A stretch of DNA of 60,726 nucleotides, the filler included, from Nemertoderma westbladi (lineage: Eukaryota > Animalia > Xenacoelomorpha): the NCBI GenBank assembly GCA_032718475.1. It is 4 parts of 4 records of this genome, joined end to end, with 100 filler letters (N's around TTAATTAATTAA, not from the genome) between each part and the next. Parts side by side here need not be neighbours in the genome. Positions count along the whole stretch, not along the records: positions 1 to 21,157 come from JAUCBJ010004119.1; 3 more parts are not named here. One strand, given 5' to 3'. Each line of letters opens with the position of its first letter. Positions within the stretch are counted from its first letter, which is position 1. A model generated the notes under the pieces. It had not been told where the DNA came from and made no database searches. It saw only the letters and a program-made list of their open reading frames with translations. The translations under genes and the position numbers were made by a program. Of the stretch, positions 1-10,903 are shown piece after piece.

Positions 1-1034
1 CCATTCGCTATGATCCTTTAGTACTGCGCATTTTCTACTCATGATGATCCCTATAAACAGTAGTACTGTAGGCCCTCTCAACCCGCTTACCATGTTGAAT
101 GTTGAGACCATGACTTTCTTAATACGCCTTATAAAGAACACTGGCTTTGACGATATTGATGATCTAGGAAATGTCATGGGTGGTAGGGTGTTGTGACATA
201 ACAATTGCGTAGAAAAGACGGAATAGCATTCTTAATATCAAGGCCTACTACTGTATAAAACAGGCCGTGCAGCCGACGACCAGGCCCTAAATCTTTGGGC
301 CGACTATTTTTAAGAGTGCTGCTCCTACAGTGTCAGTGTAACAGCAAACAGATTACTGCTAATTCTATTGCTATTCATTCACGATCAGTTGTAAATTGAA
401 ACCTGATCGACAGCTGGATTCCTCACTTTCGCTTGAATGCGAGTTTAGATGAGGTGGCAGCGGAACGAAGGAGTTGGAATAACCGATGTTGCGGCACCCG
501 GCAGCCCGTAAATATTGAGGGGGAACTGCTGGAACAAAATACAGTAGCTCTCTACACTCTGCCTCAGTGACTTTAGTGAAAGGTCATCCGCCATCTGGCC
601 TGTATATATATAAAATGCATGCCGATAGTACTAGTCTGCACTAGTCTGTTCAAAATCTGCACTGTTAAAAACATGTAGTTTATTGTTTTGGTTAGAATAA
701 CGTGCCACTCTAATGTTGTTTATTTCTAGTAATTGACAAGATTAGATTTCGGACCCCATCCCCACCCACACCCCCCCCCCCCCCCCATATAATTTTTTCC
801 CCTATTATTGTCTTGCAGAAAAACAAATCATTATCTTGCATAACTTGAGATTCGAGCTGGTGATTATGTTGATAAATGGTACAAGGGTGTATGTAATTTG
901 CGTAATAAATATAATTTCAACATCGATACAAATAGTCAATATTAAAGCGCGCTGTCAATTACCCAATAAAGATCTCTGCTACAATGCAATAAGAATTTAA
1001 ACTGGACGGCGTAGTATAAACGTTGATGTCAATT

Positions 1035-2030
1035 TCAGCACCAAACTAAAAAATACCAAATCATAGTGACAACATAAGCAATGGGGTAAACAATGCGAGT
1101 AAAATATTCAACAATTTTTGCCGGATTCTTCTTTCTCAATCGTTCACCTTGTTTTCGACGTTTACAGAAACGTTTCTCTAAATTCACCACTATAGCAAAT
1201 TCAAGCAACGCAGACATAACAAATACAATAGCGATGGTAAAAACAATATCAATAGAGCGGATGTAAGGAACTTTAGGAATAGTTTGGGATGTGTTTGCAA
1301 TCATTCAATGGAATGTATATGGTAAGAATCTCATTACTAAATAATCGCTCAAGTTTAATCTCAACCACAAGTTTGGAGTAGTTTTTGGAAGTTCCATTAA
1401 CATAGTAGGTTGTAATCGCATTGTAAACCACTAAATCAGAGGTGGTAATTAGTTTGTATTGATTAGAAGTTCTTTTCGCTTCAGATTGAACAATGACCCC
1501 AACATCTGTTTCGTTTTTTCCAGCTTGGAAATAGAATTTCACATCTTCTTCGCTGTAAGAATAGCTTTCAAGAATTATTTTGCATTCCTGAGTATCGAAT
1601 GGGTAGTAAGTAAGATCAAAGACGCATCTTACTGCGGTGTCCACCATGATGGCCATAATTATGTCGCCGTTTGGTGATATTGTGATCATAATATTGTCAT
1701 TTGTGGCTGGATTAAGGAAAGAATGCCGCCGGAAGGCATTTTTTATATATAAGATAGGCATCCATATAGAAGCTGCGAGTTTCGGACTAAACGAATGGGA
1801 TTTGTTTAACTGGGATTCATTCCATGATAGACGGGGATCACTCCAAATCTGCCGCAGATGGAATGAAATCCAATATGTCATTGTGGTGGTGTCAACTTCT
1901 CCAAAGTGTGTTATGCCTAGATTTACACCAACAGTAACTGGTTCTTTTGAACCAGAAAGTGGTCTTATCATTGCATTATAACCATTATCACCCTCAATTA
2001 GTGATTTTAAATTACTAAGACTTCCTTCAC
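1035..2030 (-). pseudogene. Cys-loop ligand-gated ion channel subunit, GABA-A/glycine/GluCl-like; large exon with frameshifting deletion of most of M1 and all of M2
   Basis: Motifs GYNAMIRP, LRQIWSDPRLSW, WMP, Cys-loop CVFDLTYYPFDTQEC, ESYSY and pre-M1 LER..YIP in ORF 1273-1971. PKVPYIRSID, M3 (SALLEFAIV) and M4 (TRIVYP...WYF) lie in a different frame (1035-1304). Splice acceptor tttcag at 2031-2036 opens the exon. Confidence 0.9.
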
Positions 2031-2072
2031 CTGAAACGCGGCCTCATAAAGAAAGTGTAGTTCTATAGTGTA

Positions 2073-2454
2073 ATAACAGGCGAAAACAGGAAAAAAACGG
2101 ACAAAAACGTACCCAAGATACGAAAAGAAAACTTAAAAACTTTTGCAATAAAAAATATCTTAATAAATTAGGGGGGGGGGGGGGGGGGGGGGGGCGTCCA
2201 GTCCAGGTAACAAACAATCTTGGACGAGGTATGAACCAGCATACTTCTTATTACATACAGTACTGTACTGCAGAAATTCAAATATATTTATATGTTAAAG
2301 TGGCGGCATATATCTATCTAAAACAGTAAATGCAATAACTGTATAACACAAGTTAAAGTATCATTGTCTATAGCTAGTCCTACAGTAAGTGCTGGCTGGC
2401 ACTGTTTATATTTCCGCCTAATTTTGTATGTTTTCTCCTGTTTTCGCCTGTTAT
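2073..2454. mobile_element. MITE-like element in the channel intron
   Basis: 19-bp inverted repeat ATAACAGGCGAAAACAGGA (2073) / TCCTGTTTTCGCCTGTTAT (to 2454); non-coding interior with a G24 run. Confidence 0.6.
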
Positions 2455-4320
2455 CCCAGGATAAAATCCTATAGCAATTATTAGCGCGCAAATTATCAAA
2501 TAAGAAAGCATCATGTTGTGAATGTTATCACACCAATCTTCGTCTTGTATTGTAATATCAATAGGTTGAATTCAGAATAATTGAGTAGAGGAATCTGTTT
2601 ATTAAAGCATAAGAACAGTATATTAAACATGTGAATTATATTGGTATTTATTACTGGATTGTAGGTATATATAAAAATATAATTATATCGACGAATATTA
2701 ATAGGCCCTCCTACCATAATTTTATGCTGACAATACCGTAGATTATTAGAATAAAAATCTGAGTTCTACTGCATGCTGCTATCATACAGTATGTAATAAA
2801 AATGAAAGACGTACTTTGCCAGGGAATATTGTACATGTATACTGTATATCTAGTCCGAGGAAGACGACTTATTAGGAATTTTAATAACCACCTGTTACAC
2901 TAACGACATGGAATGGGGGATAACGTGACAGATTTCCTGCCCTTCTATCAGCGAAAATCAGTAATGAAGTAATTAATGAATTAATAAGTGGTAGATTAGA
3001 TTGGCGAGTGGGTAGTAGGTGGTAGTTAGTTATTCAACATTGTGATTTAGAGGAGCGATTAACAGACGCGCTCTGGAAGCAATGACTCATGAAGGGACGA
3101 AGAAAACTTTACATTTACTTTTGTCAGCTATGTGAATCATCATCTGCATTATAAAGACCCGTCTCTATTTGCAGATGTTTCATGATGTCAATGGCAGACC
3201 ATCAAGGTTCATCTCGCCGGCCGGTTGAAATGTAATAAGGTCACGCTCAGGCTGATCGATCAGTTTTACGATGGCAGTATCCTACAAGTCTCATATGACG
3301 TGTCTGATAGGTGGAGGTAGGCTTTGACCATTCTCGGTCGCTATCGAGATTGTACAATGTCTCGTTTGTAACCGAGCATGGTATATATACTGTGAAAACT
3401 GCGAAGCAACCTGGTTTGGATTTAAATACTATAAAGATATCTGTTCAAGCCTGTTCAAGATAGTTATTGAGCACCATCGAATGTTTTGTTTATTACATTA
3501 AAACCTAATTAATTCATCCAAGTCCAGGTCCTAGTTTCCCGCGGGGTGTATACTGTACTTCTGCGTGGACCACGTTCTAGATAAGTCGCCAATTTTGTGC
3601 CTAATGCCCCTACGCTAACGGCCAAAGAAAATTTTTTATTTTTTGTATCTTTCTCCCTGAAATGTAGGCAAAACCAATTAGATTGCGAGTACAGAGGCAT
3701 TCGGAGGAAGCTTAAATATCGCACATTCAATTATTTTTCAGCCAATCCAAATTCAATCACAAATTATCTATACTAACTGGAGGAAGTGGGTGTGATTAAT
3801 TGATTTATTTGTTACCATGATTGGCTTACTGCATACATTACATAAGGCCAATGATATACAGTATGCTAAATCTAAAAGAGATGGTTATTACGGTTGCCTG
3901 AATTAAGTGTACCACGGATCGGGGGCGGATCCAGGAATTTAATTTCTATGGTGCGCACAATTTGTGAAGTTTATCTTTTGTTCTAAGGGCGCTGCCCCAG
4001 CGGTTTATGGGGGGCAGGACCCATGTTGCCCTGGTGGGGGTAAAGGGGACGGACTCCCACCGCGGATTTTGATTTAGATTTTAATATAAAATTTTTTAGG
4101 CAAAAATAATAAAATGTTTCAATCGATTATCTGACATTTTCTATTGATGATTTTAGATAAATAAATATATTTTTAAAAACTTTTAAAATATTTATTTTAC
4201 TCATTGAACATTTAAAGGATTGGCAGTTTTTATTTCAATGAGATGAAATAATAATAATTTATTTAAATCATAGGGCTATATATTTAATAGTAATTAGTAA
4301 CTAATTACTATAACTAATAA

Positions 4321-4390
4321 GCAGCTTGGCCTAGTGGTGACATTCCTGGGCTACTATTCAGGAAGCCCTGGTTCGATCCCTAGATGGGGG
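4321..4390 (+). mobile_element. tRNA-derived SINE head / tRNA pseudogene
   Basis: A-box TGGCCTAGTGG and B-box GGTTCGATCCC at tRNA spacing; no clean cloverleaf. Confidence 0.6.
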
Positions 4391-4735
4391 CAGCACTATT
4401 TGGGCACTGTGCTTTAAATGCTGCAGCCTATGTGAATCATCATCTGCATTATAAAGAACCGTCTCTTTTTGCAGATGTTTCATGATGTCAATGGCAGACC
4501 ATTAAGGTTCATCTCGCGGGCCGTTAGAAATGTAATACTGTAAGATCACGCTCAGGCTGATCAGTTTTACGATGGCAGTATCCTACAAGTCTCATACTGT
4601 ATGACGTGTCTGATAGGTGGAGGTGGGCTTTGACCATTCTCGGTCGCTAACGAGATTGTACAATGCCTCGTTTGTAACCGAGCATGGTATATATACTGTG
4701 AAAATTGCGAATCAACCTGGTTTGGTTTTAGATAC

Positions 4736-4784
4736 TATAAAGAGATCTGGTGAGAACCAAAAAGAACAGTAAGAACCAAAACAT
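4736..4784 (-). CDS. Candidate signal-peptide exon of the Cys-loop channel (MFWFLLFFLVLTRSLY)
   Basis: Hydrophobic 16 codons plus 1 nt followed by GT; phase 1 matches the acceptor exon starting at 2030. The donor (GTATCT) is weak. Confidence 0.3.
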
Positions 4785-4927
4785 TCTACATATACAGTAC
4801 ATACTACATATAGCCTTTTTCATAGGCTCTACTGCTGTCCCGCTAAAATTTACCTTTAAATAAGTTTTGAATACAGAATATTTACCATGGCCTTCTGTAT
4901 TCGGAATCGGAGTCGGATTCAGATGGA

Positions 4928-5935
4928 CCTGCTGGTGTAACGAACCAGGCCATCCACTGGCTGAACATACAGCTTGTGTAACCAACCAGGACATCTATTG
5001 GCTGAACATACAGCTTGTGTAACCAACCAGGACATCCATTGGCTGAATATACAGCTGGTGTAAACCAAACAGGACATTCAATGACTGAAAAACAGCTGGT
5101 GTAGCGAACCAGGCCATCCAATGGCTGAACATACAGCTGGTGTAACCAACCAGGCTATCCAATGGCTGAAGAACATACAGCTGGTGTAACCAACCAGGCT
5201 ATCCAATGGCTGAAGAACATACAGCTGGTGTAACCAACCAGGGCATCCAATGGCTGAACATACAGCTGGTGTAACCAACCAGGCCATCCAATGGCTGAAC
5301 ATACAGCTGGTGCAACCAACCAGGCCATCCAATGGCTGAACATACAGCTGGAGTAACCAACCAGGCCACCCAATGGCTGAACATACAGCTAGTGTAACCA
5401 ACCAGGATATCCAATGGCTGAAGAACATACAGCTGATGTAACCAACCAGGCCATCCAATGGCTGAACATACAGCTGGTGTAACCAACCAGGATATCCAAT
5501 GGCTGAAGAATATACAGCTGGTGTAACCAACCAGGCCACCCAATGGCTGAACATACAGCTGGTGTAACCAACCAGGATATCCAATGGCTGAAGAACCTAC
5601 AGCTGGTGTAACCAACCAGGCCATCCAATGGCTGAAAATACAGCTGGTGTATCCAACCAAGCCATCTAATGGCTGAACATACAGCTGGTGCAACCAACCA
5701 GGCCATCCAATGGCTGAAGATACAGCTGGTGTAACCAACCAAGCCATCTAATGGCTGAACATACAGGTGGTGTAACAAACCAGGCCATCCAATGGCTGAA
5801 CATATAGCTGGTGTAACCAACCAGGCCATCCAATGGCTGAAGATACAGCTGGCGTAACCAACCAAGCCATCTAATGGCTGAACATACAGCTGGTGTAACC
5901 AACCAGGCCATCCAAGGACTGAACATTCAGCTGGT
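4928..5935. repeat. Minisatellite, 40/43-bp unit, roughly 24 copies
   Basis: Unit ACATACAGCTGGTGTAACCAACCAGGCCATCCAATGGCTGA with an optional AGA insertion; generates spurious minus-strand ORFs in all three frames. Confidence 0.97.
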
Positions 5936-7590
5936 TGATGACCTGCTTGAGATAATCCAAGTTTACAGATATACTTTGTAGCATGTAGAAATAGACCAAC
6001 ATTGCATGGGATGTTGCCAGACAGTTGTTGAGCACCATCAAATGTTTATTACATTAAAACCTAATTTATTCAGCCAAGTCGAGGTCCTAGTTTCCCGCGG
6101 GGTGTATACTTATGCGTGGACCACACTGTAGATAAGTCGCCAATTTTGTTGGAGAACAGAAAATGTTATTTTTGTACTTTACTTTCTGACATTTAGGCAA
6201 ATTCTATTAGATTGTGAGTGCTGAGGCATTATGAGGAAGCTTAAATATCGCAGGTTCAATTATTTTTCAGCCAATCCAAATTCAATCACAAACTATCTAT
6301 ACTGACTGGAGGAAGTGGGTGTGATTAATTGATTTATTTATTATCATTGTCTTACTGCATTGCATACATTACAAGGTGAAAGCTCTAAATCTAAAAGAGT
6401 TAGCTACAGTGGTACGCTTGCCTGCAGTGAGTGTACCACGGATACACAAGACTAACGCATCTTTCCATTATTGCTAGTTATTAAACAAATATCACGAAAT
6501 ATTATGGCAGAGGGTCTGTGAAAAGGTCCCAGTTAGTTTATTAGAGTAAGCAGACGAGTTAGAATGCTCTGATGGAAAAACTTGGTTTTCTGGTTGATTC
6601 CACTAATTGTAATGATTCTGATGAAATGAAACAGTAAAATCTTACAGTTTATGGCGCTGTAGAAATTACACGTACAGGTCATATCATTTGATATATAGAC
6701 AAATGAAACTTTATATTGCAACAGAGCTAAGTGCCACAACAAGGTCCATTTATACTTCATGGTCTGATGGGACCTAATGGTCTGAATAAAAATTCGAAGT
6801 AAATATATATTGCTTAAAAAGCTCAACAAAGCTCAAATGATAATATTTTTTGTTTCCTCAATTTGAATTTATAAACTACAAATATTATATTACTTATTCA
6901 AGGGTCAGATAAATAATTGTATCCGCACAGTTTAAGACGACCCTTAATAAAATACAATAATGTATTAAATACCCTACTTACTTTCTTCCTTTCTATAATA
7001 ATTATAAATAAAAGTAATTGTTTCCACTCCATACTGAGATGTCCGAGATATACAGGTTGTGTTTTGTCCGAGATGTATGTAATTAATAGTGCAAACTGGA
7101 TGAAATTAATTATGCAATCATGTAAAAGCTTTTGCGGCAAAAATGTATCTTTTTGGACAATACGCGAACTACTCTAAACGCAACAATATCTCAAGGTAGT
7201 TGAGAACATATAAACTTACGCCTTCTTGCTTTTACTTTTGGTATATGACTCTGTTGACGAAATCACTCAAAAACTGAACCCTGGTTTCTTTGTCTCCGTA
7301 CCCCCTGTGATATCCAATCGACCAATCAACACAATTTTCACTTTCTCCGGCCATAGAGTTCCTTCACACAAGAAACTGAATCCATTAGTTACGGACATCT
7401 GACATGGATTACTGGCTCATGATTGGATTTTTGACCAGGATTCTAAAAATTCTATGACTCACCTTTTTACTGGTGTTTATAACACAGAGTACGCGTAGGC
7501 TTAGGCAGTCTGATAGTATTCTATTCAGCCCAGGAAACAACAGTGGCGTGAATTATCGAGCGCTAGTAAATTACCTGCATTCACTGCATT

Positions 7591-7628
7591 GACTCACCAT
7601 GACCTACTATAGTAGGTCATGGACTCAC
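7591..7628. mobile_element. 24-bp perfect palindrome flanked by 7-bp direct repeats (transposon footprint / micro-element)
   Basis: GACTCAC-CATGACCTACTATAGTAGGTCATG-GACTCAC. Confidence 0.7.
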
Positions 7629-7960
7629 CTTTTTACTGAACGGCAAACATCTGACTGCTGATTAACTGCCGCCACTGCTGTTATTTACTGTTTTGTACTG
7701 TTGTTCATTATTGTTGGTAATATTATTGCTGGATAATCAATAATCTCAACTAACTTTCTTATTATTGAGAGGTAAGCAGAAGGGAAGTACGAGTAACGAT
7801 TTGGCTCAAATTACAGTGGTTTGTGTGGTATTTATTCTATTTCATAACACCAAAGTAAGTGAGCTAAATTTCTCCTTATACATGAAAAAAATTGGTAATA
7901 GTCAGCAAATCAGCGTGTTTCCGTATTATTATCAGTGCAATGAGTGCGAGTACATAATAC

Positions 7961-8452
7961 TACACGAAGTGGGGACTTCGCGCAGCACGAAGTTGGCAGA
8001 GCCTTAGCGAATTGACACTGTTAGGGGGTAGGTCAATTTATGCAAATAGTCACGTTGGCCCTCTAGCGGCAGACTGGAGAACTGCAGATGGATTCGCCTC
8101 CTTTGAAAGTCACAGCTAATGGTCTAATACATATCTGCCAAGTTTCAGCTTAAACGGATTAAAAGCAAAGAAATGGGAGGGCATTTAATGTTTAGACATG
8201 TGGCCCTCTAGCGGGAGACCATTGCACTGATGGTGTCTGAAAGTCTCTCAAAAATCTCAACTTTTGCTCATATTGATACCTACAAATTTTCAACTTGGCA
8301 GCTTTAAATCCGACAAAGTTATTAGCATGTCAAAATCGTAACGACGACGACAACGACGACGACGACAACGACGACAACTATTTGCATAAATTGACCCACC
8401 CCCTAACAGTGTCAATTCGCTAAGGCTCCGCCAACTTCGTGGCTCGCCCCAC
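7961..8452. mobile_element. Non-autonomous element with long subterminal IRs, duplicated core and microsatellite (Helentron-associated HINE/pearl-like)
   Basis: ~65-bp IR 7986-8050 / 8377-8441, two GGCCCTCTAGCGG cores, (ACG)n tract 8341-8376, and head GTGGGGACTTCGCGCAGCACGA shared with 24056-24085, 57007 and 60459. Confidence 0.75.
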
Positions 8453-9229
8453 ATTCCTAAAGAATGTAAATCATAGTGGCTTGATTAAACAATCTGTTGC
8501 AATTATTGTAAGTCTAGTAACTCTGTGAAAGCAACAAGTGAAAGGAACACCTGTTAGTTAATACTACCCTGAAAGTGAATATAGTTTTTGGAGATTATAT
8601 AGTAGAGATCAATCGAATAATACAAATTAACCTACTTTTCATGCCGATAGAATTCAGTCTCCCACACACAGTGGGTAATACGCCGTGCAAAGACTGTCTT
8701 CTACTGTTGTTTGATTTTGCACGGGCTAACAAATAATATAAGACACGTAAATTTAACAGGTTAAACTGTTAAAGGTCTAAAAGCGCGAACAAATCAATTT
8801 TTATTATGAATTGTACAATATGGTAAATGCTTGTGTAATCGAATGCGATTATAAATCAATAAAATTGGCTGAGTTCTTTCGTTATGGACAAGCTACTGCA
8901 TACAGGTATTTATATCTATATCTCATGCACACGACCTCGATTTGACTTGTTGAGCTACTGATTTGATTGAATCATTTAATGCAATCCCAATCTCAAGCAG
9001 AGTGCCATCGGATCCCGCTTCAAATAAACATAATGAAACATACGGAGATTTACTACTGTTTGATTTCTGATTATGTTGGAGAAAATATTCCCAACATGCA
9101 CAGGATGTTAGCGGCTCATCGGATATCGTTTGAATCCTTCAGAAATTGTTGTAAATTTGCTTTAAGAAGCAATCTGAAATAGTTGGAAGCGATCATAAGC
9201 TGATGTAAGTTAGTTGAAAAATGTTGGAA

Positions 9230-9755
9230 ACATCCGAAAGCTGTTTGAAGCCATTGGAAGCCCTCGGAAGCTGTTGGAAGCTATCAGAAGCTGTTTGAAC
9301 TCATCGGAAGCTGTAGGAAGCAATTGGAAGCTGTTGGGACCCATCGGAAGCTGTAGGAAGCCATTGGAAGCACTCGGAAGCTGTTGGAAGCCATCAGAAG
9401 CTGTTTAAACTCATCAGAAGCTGTAGGAAGCCATTGGAAGCTGTTGGGACCCATCGGAAGCTGTAGGAAGCCATCAACAGCCCTCGGAAGCTGTTGGAAG
9501 CCATCGGAAGCTGTATGAAGCTATTGGAAGCTGTTGGAACCCATTGGAAGCTGTTGGAACCCATTGGAAGCTGTAGGAAGCCATCGGAAGCTGTTGGAAG
9601 CCATCGGAAGCGGTTTGACGCCATTGGAAGCTGTAGGAAGCCATGGGAAGCGGTTTGAAGTCATCGGAAGCGGTTTGAAGCCATCAGAAGCTGTATAAAG
9701 CCATTGGAAGCTGTTGGAACCCATTGGAAGCTGTAGGAAGCCATCGGCAGCTGTT
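9230..9755. repeat. Minisatellite, 20-bp unit made of two 10-bp halves
   Basis: GAAGCTGT(T/A)G-GAAGCCAT(C/T)G repeated about 25 times, decaying at the left end. Confidence 0.95.
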
Positions 9756-10576
9756 GTCATGTTGTCAGCTGTCATGTTTTACATTTGACTTTTTCCCCAA
9801 TGTGCGACAGAATGGTATCAAGTAATACAACTTTAAACATACATAACTGATATGTATCCCTTACGAAACCAATTATTTTTATGTGTTGTTTAACATTGGT
9901 TATCACTTGGTTAATAATGTGGTTCTTCTGCGATTGCCACCAGTTTGTCCCACATTAGAAAACACATTCGTAAAACATAACTTGTTTTCTTGACATTTGT
10001 GTTACACATCTGGAATAAGAAACACATGAGATGCACATATTAATTTTTCACTTAGTGGAAGCCAGTGGAACCATTTGGAAGACAACGAACGGGGGTGCTG
10101 TATACGTTTGTCAATTGCTAACAACACCTGAGTCACCCAATAAAATGCCAACCAACAACAGTATCTGGAAATTGTCGTAAGCTTAGCATAATACCTAGAA
10201 AACGGTACCTTTGTATTTCGATCAATTAAAAAACATTATTCTTAACATAAATCTCAAATAAAAAATACTAATTAAAGATTTAAGGAGAATTGGATATGGG
10301 GAATCTAATTTCATTTAAATTCGTATAAATAGTTCCCTAGTAATTAATTCTCGATTTAAGAAATTTACAAAACCAAAATATTTTCTTCGAAATAAACAAC
10401 ATCTCAATGTGGGATTGAACCCGCGGGCGGTATACCGAATTCCAAGTCGTTCAACACTACAAAGTGAGCAAAATCGCAACAATTTCCCAAGTGAGCAATA
10501 GCGCCATACTGGATACCATCAGTGAACAAAAGCAAATTGGAAATCTACAACAACAACAACAAACAAATAATCATGC

Positions 10577-10777
10577 AGTAGCAAAGGGAGGTGGTGGATC
10601 TTTCGGGTGATCAAAGAAACAGTTTTACAATATTTCAACCCAAACATGTAATTAAAATACAAATAGGTGAATAGCAGGCCTTCAAACAGGGCATAGCTGG
10701 TACATTGTTTGGGTTGAAATATTGGCTAAAACTGTTTTTTTGATCACCCTAAAGATCCACCACCTCCCTTTACCACT
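10577..10777. mobile_element. ~200-bp fold-back MITE
   Basis: ~70-bp imperfect IR arms: AAAGGGAGGTGGTGGATCTTT.. / ..AAAGATCCACCACCTCCCTTT. Confidence 0.8.
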
Positions 10778-10903
10778 CTGTTTGTATGATGTTTACACCA
10801 GCGACCTGGGGCGGAACTATCTTTGGAATTTACAACCAAACCGAGCTTTAGATACGCGGATCTAAAGTACCCGAGGCTGCATTATGGCTACGAATAAAAA
10901 TGT

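Larger units (their letters stand above)
3128..6443. repeat. Diverged local duplication: blocks A+B adjacent (3128-3443, 3462-3919) and again separated by ~1.27 kb (4428-4749, 6024-6443)
   Basis: Shared anchors CTATGTGAATCATCATCTGCATTATAAAGA, GAGCACCATC..TTTATTACATTAAAACCTAAT and GTGTACCACGGAT. Confidence 0.9.

Noticed and set aside
4882-5926. Overlapping 70-180 aa ORFs
   Set aside because: They are translations of the minisatellite in all frames; no independent coding evidence.
6533-7177. 80-98 aa ORFs
   Set aside because: AT-rich composition, non-ATG starts and no recognisable domain.
9214-9775. ORFs on both strands
   Set aside because: Products of the 20-bp tandem repeat.
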